This document shows positions 13,003-25,987 of a DNA stretch of 64,000 nucleotides, one piece after another. The stretch spans positions 12,090,001-12,154,000 of the forward strand of contig NC_043014.1 in assembly GCF_006345805.1 (NCBI RefSeq). The letters run 5' to 3'. The position numbers were made by a program, and so were the translations under genes. How positions within the stretch are numbered: position 1 is the first letter of the stretch; the number at the start of each line of letters is the position of its first letter. The notes under the pieces are model-generated. The model was not told the DNA's origin. It made no database searches and saw only the letters and a list, made by a program, of their open reading frames with translations. This DNA is from Octopus sinensis (lineage: Eukaryota).

Positions 13003-13606
13003 GAGAGACATTGTTCGCCTCGCATTGTATCACCTTTTCTAATATTTCTGTTCAATGCCGCCCGAGTAAATGCTTTTTAATGTATGTGTGTGTGTGTGTG
13101 TGTGTGTGTGCGTATATATATATATACATATTTACATATATATACATATACACATACATACATACATACATACACACATATAATCTCTTCAACGAAACTC
13201 TTTACTATGCATATAAATATACATATATATATACATATATACATATATATATATACATATATATATATTATATATATGCGTGTATCTGTGTGTGTGTGTA
13301 TGCGAGTGTTTGTGTGTCTGCGCGCGTATGTGTGTGTGAGTGTGTGTGAACATGCGCATGCGTATTTTGTAACATAGGGAAAAACTCTGCATGTCACCTA
13401 AGTAGAAACAGTGGGGATTTCCATCTGTTTCTCAAGATCTCTCCTCTTGTTAAACGCTTTTGAAATCAGGAAAACATTCACTGCAATTATCGACCGTGAT
13501 ACAAGAGTCATAATAAACATCACAATGAACGACGTCACAATACCGCCATTATGCAATGGCTGTTCCTACTAAACTAAAAGGGATAATGACACTATTACAA
13601 TGGTTC

Positions 13607-13685
13607 ATCTACTCTAGTAGAATCTCCAGATTCTATTTATCTCAAACTACCAATCTTGAGAAATCTGGAGATTTTACTAGAGTAG
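13607..13685. repeat. Short foldback element
   Basis: 24-bp inverted arms tctactctagtagaatctccagat / atctggagattttactagagtaga. Confidence 0.75.
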
Positions 13686-14201
13686 AAATATCAATAAAAA
13701 TCTGTAAATAAAAATCTGTAAATGTAAAACCATCCAGATTTCTGAGTACCTTATTTCTTCTTATTTATAATACCTGTATATTACCTCAAGTAGTCCATGT
13801 ATACACAAACGCCAAGAGACATTTTGACTTAAAAGAAGAAAACCCTTGCTACTTCGTTAGTGACCAGCTTGAATATTGTAGTGGAAAATAACTTAAAATA
13901 TACCCCCAAGAAAACAGAGAAACATACAGACTGACAGTCAAACAGACAGGCATACTGTCTAAATACCAATCTTGAGAAATTAGGCTTCTCAAAAGCAGAA
14001 AGTTGGAAGCTGATTCGAAGACTACAGATTCAAGCTATCACTTGAACTGTAAAAATCCATAAAGCTTTCCAGAAGTTTCTCATTTAAGTATATATAAGCA
14101 TGTCTAGATATACAGTTAATCCAAACATGAACAAAGAGAAAACACAACAACGCGAGGACGTGGAACAAGCATAGTGTTATTGGACGCTCAGGAAAGGAAG
14201 G

Positions 14202-14236
14202 ATTTAAGGTTTCGAGCGGAGCTCTTCGTCAGAAAC
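14202..14236 (-). ncRNA. Minimal type I hammerhead ribozyme motif (copy 1)
   Basis: GTTT-CTGACGA-A-GAGC(TCC)GCTC-GAAA-CCTT-AAAT. Stem II is perfect; the palindromic stem III carries a G>C change. Confidence 0.7.
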
Positions 14237-14652
14237 ATAGAAAAAGGAAAGGTCCAAGGAAGAGAAGACGGAGAAAAAAATCGCCAACGATACACACGCG
14301 GTCACATATTGAAAAATGTGTAAATGGTGGCGACAAAAGGAGAAAAGCGGTAGTAGAAGAAAGAAGAAAGGTAAAAAGAGGACGAGAAAAAGTGGAAGAG
14401 TCACACACAAATTTTTGATGATTTCCAATCACGATTACAGTGGCGTACTCCGGATGAATGGTAACAGTAATCCTTTGGTGTAAAAATCCAGGAATTTGTT
14501 ATCCAAAGCTGTCAGAAGGCCGGGGTCCGTGTGAGCGTGCGGTATATAAAGTTAATCCAAACATGAAAACACAAAGAGAAACCACAACAACGCGAGGATG
14601 TGGAACAAGTATAGTATTATTGGACGTTCAGGAAAGGAAAGAAAGAAGGAGG

Positions 14653-14687
14653 ATTTAACGTTTCGAGCGGAGTTCTTCGTCAGAAAC
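14653..14687 (-). ncRNA. Minimal type I hammerhead ribozyme motif (copy 2)
   Basis: GTTT-CTGACGA-A-GAAC(TCC)GCTC-GAAA-CGTT-AAAT. Palindromic AACGTT stem III is intact; stem II has one mismatch. Confidence 0.72.
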
Positions 14688-15688
14688 ATAGAAAAAGGAA
14701 AGGCCCAAGGAAGAGAAGACGGAGAAAGAAAATCGCCAACGACATACATAAAACAAAGCATAGAAATCTGCACATATACATACATGCATAAAAAAAATAC
14801 TCTGTTCACTGTTGTTGGAATTTGAATGAAGGTGTCTTGGATCTAGGTTAGAAACCGGCTCTTTATTGGCATGTCAGATATCGACGTTATCGCAGAGCAA
14901 CATGAAATGGAGTGTCTTGCTCAAGAGCACATCGCACCACCTGGAATCGAAACCATAATCTTGCGATCCAGAATGCAACACCCTAACAGCTAGACTACGC
15001 GCTTTCAAATATATATATATACATCTTTACAACATACATACATACATACATACATACATACATACTTGCATACATACATACATACATACATACATACATA
15101 CTTGCATACATACATACATACATACATACATACGTTACATACATACATACATGCATGCATACGTTACATACATACAGACATACGTACATATATACAAACA
15201 TACATACGCACACACACACACACACATATAGGTAGGCATACATAATACATACATACATTCATACATACATACATACATACTTGCATACATGACTACATAC
15301 ATACAGACATACGTACATACATACAAACATACATACGCACACACACACACACATATATATATAGGTATACATACATAATACATACATACATACATACTTA
15401 CATACACACTTACATACACTCTCAGACGCGCACGCAGAGACAAACATACACACACACGAATTACGACATATGTTTAAACAAGTGGTTTGTTTATACCAAA
15501 CAAAAGTCCGTCCCCCGCTTATCTCCCCTTTAATCAGACGTTACATTAGTGACATTGTCTTAAACACGACATTCCTTTCCATGAAAAGGCTTTAGTCGAC
15601 ATTCGCTGATGATAGAGTACCAATGTTTACAGAGCAACACATTGTTAAATAATAACGACATCTAGAATAATCAAAACACACACACACG

Positions 15689-15745
<57 letters not shown>

Positions 15746-16076
15746 TTAAACATGCATACAAACGTACATACATACACACACAAAGATACAGACATATCTA
15801 TTGACATACGTGTGTGTGTGTGTCTTTGTGGGTGGGTGGGTGTATGGTGGTACATAGACATATATATATATATACATAAGTGGGAGGAGCGCATGCGTAA
15901 GTGTATTCCAAATATTCTCCACCTAGAAACAAGATCATTTATAAATTTTTTTTGTTGTATGTTTCTTTACAACGAAGTCATTATCATCATCATCATCATT
16001 ACAAAAGTAATGATGATGATGATGATGATGATGACGACGACGACGACGATGATGACGATGATGACGGTGGTGGTGG

Positions 16077-16107
<31 letters not shown>

Positions 16108-17826
16108 GGTGGTGACGATGATGACGATGATGACATGACGATGATGATGATGACCGCCACCATCACTACCACCACCATCATCATCGCCATCAGATAGACA
16201 AAGAGGACAGAAGACCAATTATACCGATATCTGTAGAGCTAGTAACTATACTTTACGATTCATTGCCTTATACACACACACAACACACACACACACACAC
16301 ACATACTAATATCGAACAGTGAGAATGAGCAGTCAATACGGCATTGACGGATAAATATTCTTTATTTGTGAGTTGACAAGACAACTAATGGTTTCATGTG
16401 AGGAGATATTTGCAATTGTTTTAAGTGTGCCACATGTAAGCGTTGGTAGTCGTCTGCATTTGAGATGGGAACACCCAAGGAGACTTCTATATGACACACT
16501 TGACTACAATTGCAAAGATGTCTTGATATGAAACTGCATTGGCTGCATTGTTAACCCACAAATTGTGTGTGTAAACTAGGCAGCATTTTTTAAATCAGGC
16601 ACTAAACAGAAGAAATTAAATAATTTGAGCCTTCATCAGCTATCTCTCCAAGGCTTTTGTTGGTCTCGGTCCTTTTAGATTGAACCGCTACCTTTGTAAG
16701 ATTAACAACCCATTGGATACACTCATAAGCCACAACAGGGGATAAAAAATAGTGGAACGAAAAAAAAAGCAATGGAAAAGACTAAACTGAAAATTATACT
16801 ACATGTATTCCCGAACACAAGTTGATGATCACACTACAATTCTTCAAACCAGTCTTCCCTTTACACACTAAACTTCTACATTAAATTTGCACACTAAGTC
16901 AACATTATACATATGCATAGTATATACTTAATTGTTCAATTAAATGGAGTTGCATGAAACGATCGTACTGCATTACCTCTGGATATCCCTGCTGCTTATT
17001 TTGATTTCATATATATATATATATATATATATGAACAGTTAAGTGGTGCATTGATATACCTAGGCACATACATACATGTATGTATGTATGCATGTATTAT
17101 GTTATTGTAAAGGTCATTAATACGCAAGTAGAAGATTCAAATTTCAGGAATATCTTGAATATTTTCTGGTTGTATTCAGAAGCTCAGTTAATCCTTTCTA
17201 CTATAGGCACAAGGGCTTAAATTTTGGGGAAGCGGATTGTCGATTACACTGATCCCAGTGCTCAGATGATACTTATTTTATTGACACCGAAAAAATGAAA
17301 GGCAAAGTCGAGCCCGATGGAATTTGAACTCAGGGTGTAAAGATGAACAAACCGCCGATAAGCATTCTGTCCGGCGTGTTAACAACTCTGCTAGTTCGCC
17401 ACCCTCAAAAGCTTTGATCAACCCGAAGCTATACTAGAAGACACTTGCCAAAGGTACAACGCAGTGGACTGAACCCTGTACCCTGTAGTTGGGAACCAAG
17501 CTTCTTCCCACTCAGCCACGCTTAATTGGTAAAGGGGCTTTAGAAAACGTATTAGTTTGGCTTCAGCGTCACATAAATCGCATGCCTTTCTATCACCAGT
17601 ATAGGAGAGGCATATTTCACTATGCTTCACTTAATATAGAAAGAGATTCCATCCTCATTCAATTACCATACATAAACTAATTAAGAAATCAAAAGTTTAA
17701 CATACAATTTCTGAACGAATACTCATGCATATAAAATATTTTTTAAACGAAGTGGCAGTGAGATCTATGTAAACTTAAGTGGTACTAAACGTGATGTTGT
17801 ATATACTAGTTAATATTCACTTTTAT

Positions 17827-18050
17827 TAAGGCGTTGAGATGGCAGAATCGTTAGCACGCCGGGTGAAATGCTTAGCGGCATTTCGTCCGTCTTCACGTTC
17901 TGAGTTCAAATTCCGCTGTGGTCGACTTTGCCTTTCATCCTTTCGGCGTCGATAAATTAAGTACCAGTTACGTACTGGGGCCAATCTAATCGAATGGCCC
18001 ACTCCTCAAAAAAAACTTTCGGGCCTTGTGCCTAGAGTAGAAAAGAATAT
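17827..18050 (+). mobile_element. SINE family B, alternative tail (GGCCTTGTGCCTAGAGTAGAAAAG)
   Basis: Head and central domain as in other B copies. Flanked by opposite-strand copies at 17185-17403 and 18115-18320. Confidence 0.85.
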
Positions 18051-18705
18051 AAATTAAAAGGTAGGCCCAAATATTATAATGAAACCGAACCACGATGTTA
18101 AATATTTAATAATGTTTTCTGCTATAGACACAATGCCTGAAATTTGACGGAAGGGGGCTTGTTGATTACATCTACCCCAGTGCGTAACTGGTACTTATTT
18201 TATCGACCACGAATGGATAAAAGGTAAATTTGACCTCGGCGAAATTTGAACTCAGAACGTAAGCAATGCCGCTAAGCTTTTTACTCAGCGTGCCAACGAT
18301 TCTCCCTGCTCACCGACTTATAGTGACTTTATATATCACAATATAGATTAACAGGTAGGCCCATGTGTATTATAAAAATTATCAAACCTAGCCAAGAGGT
18401 TAAATATTTAATTATACGATAAGGATATTTTGTGAGGCTCGGCAGCTAATGTAGCATCTTAGAATGATTTCTTGTAAGCATTCACAATGCTTCATAATTC
18501 CCAGCTGATGTTGCAGTTTACGATAAGTTAATCGGGTGCGATTATCTTGTTATAATATATTATATACAACACTGTTTGTAACGGTATTTGCAGATAAATT
18601 TTCGGATTTTTCTTATTTAACAACTTGGTTATTGCAATATACATTTACCTATTTAATGTTAAAATGTTGATGCTGTTTCACTTTCTATACATTACATAAC
18701 TATGT

Positions 18706-19021
18706 GAAAGCGCATGGCTCAGTGGTTAGAGCGTCGAGCTTACGATCGTGAGGTTGTGAATTCGATTCCCAGACCGGGCTACGTGTTGTGTTTTTGAGCA
18801 AGACGCTTTATTTCACGTTGCTCCAAGCTGTGGAAATGAGTTGCAACATCACTGGTGCCAAGCTGTATCGGCCCTTGCCTATCCTTTGGATAACACTGGT
18901 GCCGTGGAGAGGGGAGGCCGGTATGCATGGCCTTCCATAAACAACCTTGCTTGGACTTGTGCCTGGGAGGGTAACTTTCTAGGTGCAATCCCATGGTCAT
19001 TCATGACCGAAGGGGGTCTCC
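18706..19021 (+). mobile_element. SINE family D (tRNA head, distinct tail)
   Basis: A-box TGGCTCAGTGG and B-box. Inverted relative at 62160-62470. Confidence 0.8.
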
Positions 19022-19074
19022 CATACATTACTATACAGAACAATAACATTTTAATTATCATTACACCTGAAAGT

Positions 19075-19320
19075 GGAGGCGCATGGCTTAGTGGTTAGGG
19101 CGTCAGCATCATGATCGTAAGATTGTGGTTTCGATTCCTGGACCAGGCGACGCGTTGTGTTCTTGAGCAAAACACTTCTTTTCACGTTGCTCCAGTCCAC
19201 TCAGCTGGCAAAAATGAGTAACGCTGCGATGGATTCGGGTCCCAGCCAGCTGGGGAACACATACGCCATAGAAACTGGGCCCATGAGCCTGGCTAGGCTT
19301 TAAAAGGGCGCATTTATTAT
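19075..19320 (+). mobile_element. SINE with D-type middle and V-like tail
   Basis: Middle shared with 18706; tail shared with 12095-12404. Confidence 0.8.
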
Positions 19321-20021
19321 TTTTTTTTACTCCTGAAAAACATGATTCAGATAGCGAGGTTTGAAGTCTCCTTCGATCATAATATATAGGAGAATTTACT
19401 GGTTATTTAAATGATTGAATTAGACTTATAGTAAATGCACGAAGGACACAACTCTTTATTGATACAGAAAAAAAGTATGATCTTTCCTTTGTTAACTGCT
19501 AGTGATGCTTTTACATCAAGAACAGAAGTTATTTCTATTAAACACGCACTATCATATATGTGTGTGAATGCGCGTTGAGTGTGCAGATGGTTGGATGTGT
19601 GTGTGTGTGTGTGTGTGTACGCGCGCGTGATAGTATCAAACAGTAAGAATTAGTGCTCAACACCGCATTTAATGAATAAATATTCTTGATTTGCGGATTA
19701 GCACTGCTACCAATGGTTTCATGTGGTAAAAATATCACAATTTTCAAGTGTTCCATTAAGAATGTTGGTTTCGCCAACTTTTCGGATGGTCCTACCCCAT
19801 GTGTGTGTGTGTCTGTGTGTGTGCAAGTGTGATGCATGCGTATTATTTGCGCGTTTATACTATTTGGAAGGACAACATTTCCTTTAGCTTTTTCCATACG
19901 GTATCCAGATATAATTAAACCTATCAAGTCATCAACGTGCTGACCTTTAAATAGTGAATTTATGTCAACAAAACTGTTTTCTCTCTTTTTCTTCTTTTCT
20001 CACCTTCTATCTTGCCTTCTA

Positions 20022-20075
<54 letters not shown>

Positions 20076-20209
20076 TTCTTTCACACACAAACGCACACAC
20101 ACTCACTCCATACTTCAGTATATTATATACATATACACACATATACACAAACATATATACACACACATATATATAGATATATATATATACATGACATATA
20201 TTTACTTAC

Positions 20210-20308
20210 CTACTTCACATATGGTTCCGGAAAATTTTGGTGGACATCTGCACACATTGTTACCAACGCAGGTCCCTCCGTTTTTACAAGGAGATTTGTT
20301 ACAGTGCT
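20210..20308 (-). CDS. WIF1: EGF-like exon (EGF4-equivalent) of the WIF1/Shifted-like gene
   Basis: 99-bp phase 1-1 exon with acceptor tttttctttcttcag and donor gtaagt. Encodes (Q)HCNKSPCKNGGTCVGNNVCRCPPKFSGTICEV. Resembles recalled Shifted EGF4 PCKNEGRCIGNNLCRCP. Confidence 0.92.
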   Translation of the reverse strand, partial: STVTNLLVKTEGPALVTMCADVHQNFPEPYVK

Positions 20309-20352
20309 CTGAAGAAAGAAAAACATACCAATTAAAACGAAATATATATGAA

Positions 20353-20426
<74 letters not shown>

Positions 20427-20432
20427 GATTAT

Positions 20433-20660
20433 TAAGGCGGCGAGCTGGCAAAATCGTTAGCACACCGGGCAAAATGCGCAACGGTCTTTCGTCCGTCCTT
20501 ACGTTCTAAGTTCAAATTCCAGCGAGATCGACTTTGGGTTTCATCTTTTCGGGGTCGATAAATTAAGTACCAGTGGAACACTGGGGTCTATGTAATCGAC
20601 TAGTCCCTTCCCCACAAATTTCAAGCCTTGTACCTATAGAAGAAAAGATTATTATTATTA
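20433..20660 (+). mobile_element. SINE family B (alternative tail)
   Basis: GGCGGCGAGCTGGCAAAATCGTTAG head within (ATT)n. Confidence 0.85.
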
Positions 20661-20827
20661 TTATTATTATTATCATTATTGTTGTTGTTGTTGTTGCTGT
20701 TCTTGCTCTTGTTGTTGTTGTTAATGCGGAGAAATGGCAATATAGTTAGCACTAAAAACCTTCAAGACGGTGCCCCAGCATGGCCGAAGTCAAAAATGAC
20801 TGAAACAGAAGATAAAAATAGAGATAC

Positions 20828-21190
20828 TCGTGGTAAGTAGCTTGCTTACGAACCACATAGTTCCAGATTCAGTCCCACTGCATGGCACCTTGGGCAAGTG
20901 TCTTCTACTATAGCCTCGGACCGACCAAAGCCTTGTGAGTGGATTTGGCAGACAGAAACTGAAAGAAGCTCGTTGTATATATATGTATATATGTGTGTGT
21001 GTGTGTGTGTTTGCCCCCCGCCCAACAAAGCTTGACAACCGATGCTGGTGTGTTTACGTCCCCGTAACTTAGCAGTTCGGCAAAAAGAGACCGATAGAAT
21101 AAGTACTTGGTTTACAAAAAATAAGTCCTGGGTGTCACATTGCTCGACTAAAGGTGGTGCTCCAGCATAGTCGCAGTCAACTGACTGAAT
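20828..21190 (+). mobile_element. SINE family A
   Basis: Colinear with 2360; slightly 5' truncated. Confidence 0.85.
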
Positions 21191-22161
21191 GACTGACCGA
21201 AACACACACAGAAACATACAAACTATGGCTTATGCACAAGTACCATATTGTGAGATGCTCAGTCCGCGGCTGTAACTGAACAACAATAAAATTTGATAAT
21301 GTAAATAATGTAAATAATCTAAATAAAATTTGAGATTTTCCACTGTCTAAGGAATGAATTAATTGATTGCGTAAAGTAAACGTAATCAATTAATTAATTA
21401 TACACAAATATAGACGCGCATACATACGGACGTGCATACATACACTCAGGCACCTACAAGCAGACACAATAAACTATTTAAATGTGTTTCTTGTCTGAAA
21501 AAAAAATTGTGTGCGTGTGTGTGCGTGGAGGAACTTGCCCTAACACTTGTACACTAATATTTAGAAGAGGAAGAAGGAGAAGAAGAAGAAGAAGAAGAAG
21601 AAGAAGAAGAAGAAGAACAACAACAACAACAACAACAACAAAAACAACAACAACAAGATGGAGAAGAAGAAGAAGAAGAAGAAGAAGAAGGAGAAGAAGG
21701 AGAAGCAGAAGGAGAAGAAGGAGAAGAAGAAGAAGAAGAACAACAACAACAACAACAACAACAAAAGAAGAACAACAAGAAGAAGGAGGAGGAGGAGGAA
21801 GCAGATGGGGAGGAGGCGGAGGAGGCGGAGGGGGAGGAGACAGACAAAGAAAAAAAATTGAAAGTTTATTTATCTGCTGATTTGCCCTTCTCCGCCTCTA
21901 GTTTGCAGTATTTTTGCTTTTCTCCAGCGCTTCAAGTAGACAAAAAAGCAACAACAACAACAACAACAACCACAACAACAACGACAAAAGTAAACAACAA
22001 AACCAACAACAACTACAACAAAAGCAACCACAAATTACTATTGCAAAGACTACGTCAATATTTAATCAGGTTAACCTATTTCAAACGTGTGGTGAACACC
22101 TGCATGGAAACTGCTGGTTATAGAGCTATCCAGCAAAGTACTACAACAACTACTACTACTA

Positions 22162-22208
<47 letters not shown>

Positions 22209-22295
22209 TATTATTATTATTGTTATTATTGTCATTATTATTATTATCATCATCATTATTATTATATTATTATTATTATTATTATTATTATATTA

Positions 22296-22335
<40 letters not shown>

Positions 22336-23160
22336 CATTATTATCATTATTATATTGTTATTATCATTATTATCATTATTATAATTATTATTGTTATTAT
22401 TGTCATATTATTATTATTATTATTGTTGTTGTTATTATTGTTATTATTATTATTATTACCATCATTATTATTATTATTTTTATTATTGTTATTATTGTCA
22501 TTATTATTATTATTATTACTATCATTATTATTATTATTATTATTATTACTATTATTATCATTGTTATTACTGTTATTATTATTATTATTACTATTATTAT
22601 TATTGTTATTATTATTATCATTATTATTATTATTATATTATTATTATTATTATTAATATTATTATTACTATTATTATTTGACAGATGTAAAACACCAGTT
22701 TGTCTATCTGTCCATCTTATCTATTTATACGAGTGTGTGTGAGTGCATATGTGTATCTATGTGTGTATGTATGTGTGTGTGTATATGTACGTGTATATAT
22801 ATATATGTGCATGTATCTATGCATGCATATGTGCATATGCATATACTTGCACGTACATGCACACACACACACACACACATACACAAACGCGTAAATACAC
22901 ATACCCATGGCCCAAAAAATACCAAGGGATCTCTGCTGCACGCAAACTTCATAGTGAAGTAAACGGTATCATACTTCATATGATTTTATTTGCTTAGTAT
23001 TACACTTTTGATCACGAGAACTATCATCATCAAACAAGTAATTCTGGTATATATATATATATATATATATATAAGGCAAACAACCCTGCATATTAAATAG
23101 GTTGAAGTAGATGAAATATGAAATAATGAGAGAGTTTGATATTTGACGCACCGTAGACAA

Positions 23161-23202
23161 CTCTGGACATATTTCAGTTTTATTAGAGCTCATCAGTGAA
23201 AG
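23161..23202 (-). ncRNA. Degenerate hammerhead-like motif
   Basis: CTTTCA-CTGATGA-GCTCTAATAAAACT-GAAA-TATG-TC-CAGAG. Core intact, stems I and II poorly paired. Confidence 0.35.
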
Positions 23203-23589
23203 ATAGTTAAACCGTGACGGTAGATCTTAAGTCACAAGAGAACTATACAGAGTGATTTTGAACGAACGCAGTATAGTGTTTGTCGAGAAGTGGGGAATCG
23301 TAAAATTACCCCTCAGCCTGGCCAACACTCAACCTACAGCGCCACCAAATTGGTGACTAGGATCAAGGGTTACAATGCGGAAAGCATGCACCAGGTCCCG
23401 GAGTCATCTTGAGGCTGTGATGTGCACATGTGTGTGTGCCTGTGTGTATGTATATATACATACACACAATTCCGATATTGATATATATGAATATATATAT
23501 TCGTATATATAAATATATGTATATATGTATATATGTATGTGTATGTATACATCTATGTATATATATATATATATATATAGATATATATA

Positions 23590-23629
<40 letters not shown>

Positions 23630-23925
23630 ATATATATATATATATTATATATATATATTCTCTTATTCTTTTATCCTTTTATTTGTTTCACTCATTTCAC
23701 TGCGGCCATGCTGGAGCACCGCCTTTAGTCGAGCAAATCGACCCCAGGACTTTGTAAGCCTAGTACTTATTCTATCGGTTCTCATTTGCCAAACCGCTAA
23801 GTTACGGGGACGTAAACCCTTCAGCATCGGTTGTGAAGCGATAAAAAAGAAAAGAAAGTAAATAAGATACATATATATATATATAATATATATATATATA
23901 TATTATATAATATATATTATATATA

Positions 23926-23957
<32 letters not shown>

Positions 23958-24127
23958 TTATGTATAGATAGATATATGTTGCTTGTCTTGTTTTCCATTG
24001 TTTCTTTCGTTGTTCGCAAAAACAGTTCATATTCCATGTATTCGATTTTGTATTTCTCGTTGTTTTCGTATTTTATATTGTTTACGTTCTTTGACGCCCT
24101 GTGCCCACATATGTATATGTATATACG

Positions 24128-24188
<61 letters not shown>

Positions 24189-24390
24189 TATATATATTAT
24201 TTATATCATTATATGTATGTATGTACATATATATTATTCTTTCTGGTATAGACACAAGGTATGAAATTTTTGTGGGCTGACGGGTGGGGTTAGCCCATTA
24301 TGAAACCCAGTAGCCAACAGGTATTTATTTTAATGAATTTGTCGTTTTAATATTTCAATGTGTAACTTGAAAGAGTGATATAGTACTTAC

Positions 24391-24486
24391 GATATTGGCA
24401 AGCTTCACCATAAAAGTCTGGGGCACACCAACAGTGACCTTTCTTAACACATCGACCTCCATTTTGACATCGTTCTTTGCATAAAG
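24391..24486 (-). CDS. WIF1: EGF-like exon (EGF3-equivalent) of the WIF1/Shifted-like gene
   Basis: 96-bp phase 1-1 exon with acceptor cattcatag and donor gtaagt. Encodes (A)LCKERCQNGGRCVKKGHCWCAPDFYGEACQY, in frame with both flanking exons. Not in the ORF track. Confidence 0.92.
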
Positions 24487-24565
24487 CTATGAATGAATAC
24501 AAACAGACATATATTTTATATCCATGTATGCAAGATTAGTGTAAAACAGCATAGCGCGTATATAT

Positions 24566-24650
<85 letters not shown>

Positions 24651-24892
24651 TAAATTAATATAAATAAGGATAAGATCGATATTCAAAATACCGATCCTAT
24701 CAGATGGCCAGCATGAGAATAAAAATCTTAAAAAGGTAATAATTATTTAAAATTGTAATTTAGGGTATCTAAGACATACCAGCACGCTTGAAATAGCTGT
24801 CAAAACTAGACTCTAAAACCATATTAAATGTTCATATAGCACCAGGAGAGAAGACAAAGAGACAAAATAAACTAGCAAAAAATTACTGGATA

Positions 24893-24951
24893 ATTCCAGA
24901 TCCCGGATTTCTGGCTTTGCATAAGAAATGCTTTGCCTTCATCAGTGGAAT
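24893..24951 (-). ncRNA. Type I hammerhead ribozyme motif
   Basis: ATTCCA-CTGATGA-A-GGC..GCAT(TTCTT)ATGC..GCC-A-GAAA-TC(CGG)GA-TC-TGGAAT. Perfect 6-bp stem I and an AUC cleavage triplet, with one extra A before GAAA. Confidence 0.7.
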
Positions 24952-25432
24952 ACATTCAGATCGCACATATATACAAATATAATAAATAATTTGATATATA
25001 TATTTATAATTTATAGTTAATTGATATAAACAGCTGGACGCAATATAATACCATAAAGAAAAAAAATTAAATCGTCACTAAATGTGACTAAGAGTACCGA
25101 GACACCAACATTGCTAGAAATAGGAGTAAAATACTCTTTGTGCTATAGGAAGAGCGCAAATATATACATATATGTTGACAGGGGAAGAAACTTCCTTATG
25201 ACCGTATGTACGTTTATGTATATATGTACGTGTGTGTGTGTGTGTGTGTTGTATGTGTATGCGTATGTGTGTGTGTCAAGGTATATATATATATATATAT
25301 GTTAAATGTCATTACAGATAAAAGAAAAGAGAATTATGAGGGCATTAATATATGCCAAACCCTTCTATATACATTTCCATTGCATCTAATTACTCACTGC
25401 GCACCTCACATGATGTGCAGAAAATGCATGCA

Positions 25433-25470
<38 letters not shown>

Positions 25471-25691
25471 CATACGTATTTTTATCTATCCCATACTGCA
25501 TCACACTGGGTGGACACCAGCATTCATGACAGGTTAAAGATGAGCTAATCTAGTTTCATACTCAACTTTTAGGTAAAAAGTTATCTTTTTTAACGCTCTT
25601 GCACTTACCGTTCTAAAATTTGAAAATGTTATTTATTTATATAATTATCTATCTATGTATTCAAATTTCTATATAAGTTCAGGTTTTATGC

Positions 25692-25864
25692 TACATTATT
25701 TACATTATCTACATTATTTACAATTGACGGATATTTGTCCTCATCTTGTTTGTTGTTAACACAACGTTTCGGCTGATATACCCTCCAGCCTTCATCAGGT
25801 GTCTTGGGGAAATTTCGAACCTGGTTTCTCATACCTATGGTATTTTTCGATGTTACTGTTGTTG

Positions 25865-25907
<43 letters not shown>

Positions 25908-25919
25908 TACTACTACTAC

Positions 25920-25987
<68 letters not shown>

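Larger units (their letters stand above)
14115..14745 (-). mobile_element. Penelope-like pseudo-LTR tandem (436-bp period, ~1.45 units)
   Basis: Direct repeats start at 14115 and 14551, each carrying a minimal hammerhead motif. Confidence 0.75.

Noticed and set aside
13398-13565. 55-codon minus frame resembling a TM segment plus tail
   Set aside because: It is phase 0 and so incompatible with the phase-1 EGF exon. It is short, has no homology support, and is plausible by chance.
15560-15670. Minus-strand CKHWYSIISECRLKPFHGKECRV as the missing fifth EGF
   Set aside because: It has only three Cys, the spacing is wrong, and there is no phase-1 acceptor.
16620-16650. CTGATGA on the minus strand as another hammerhead
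   Set aside because: No GAAA or stem III at a suitable position.
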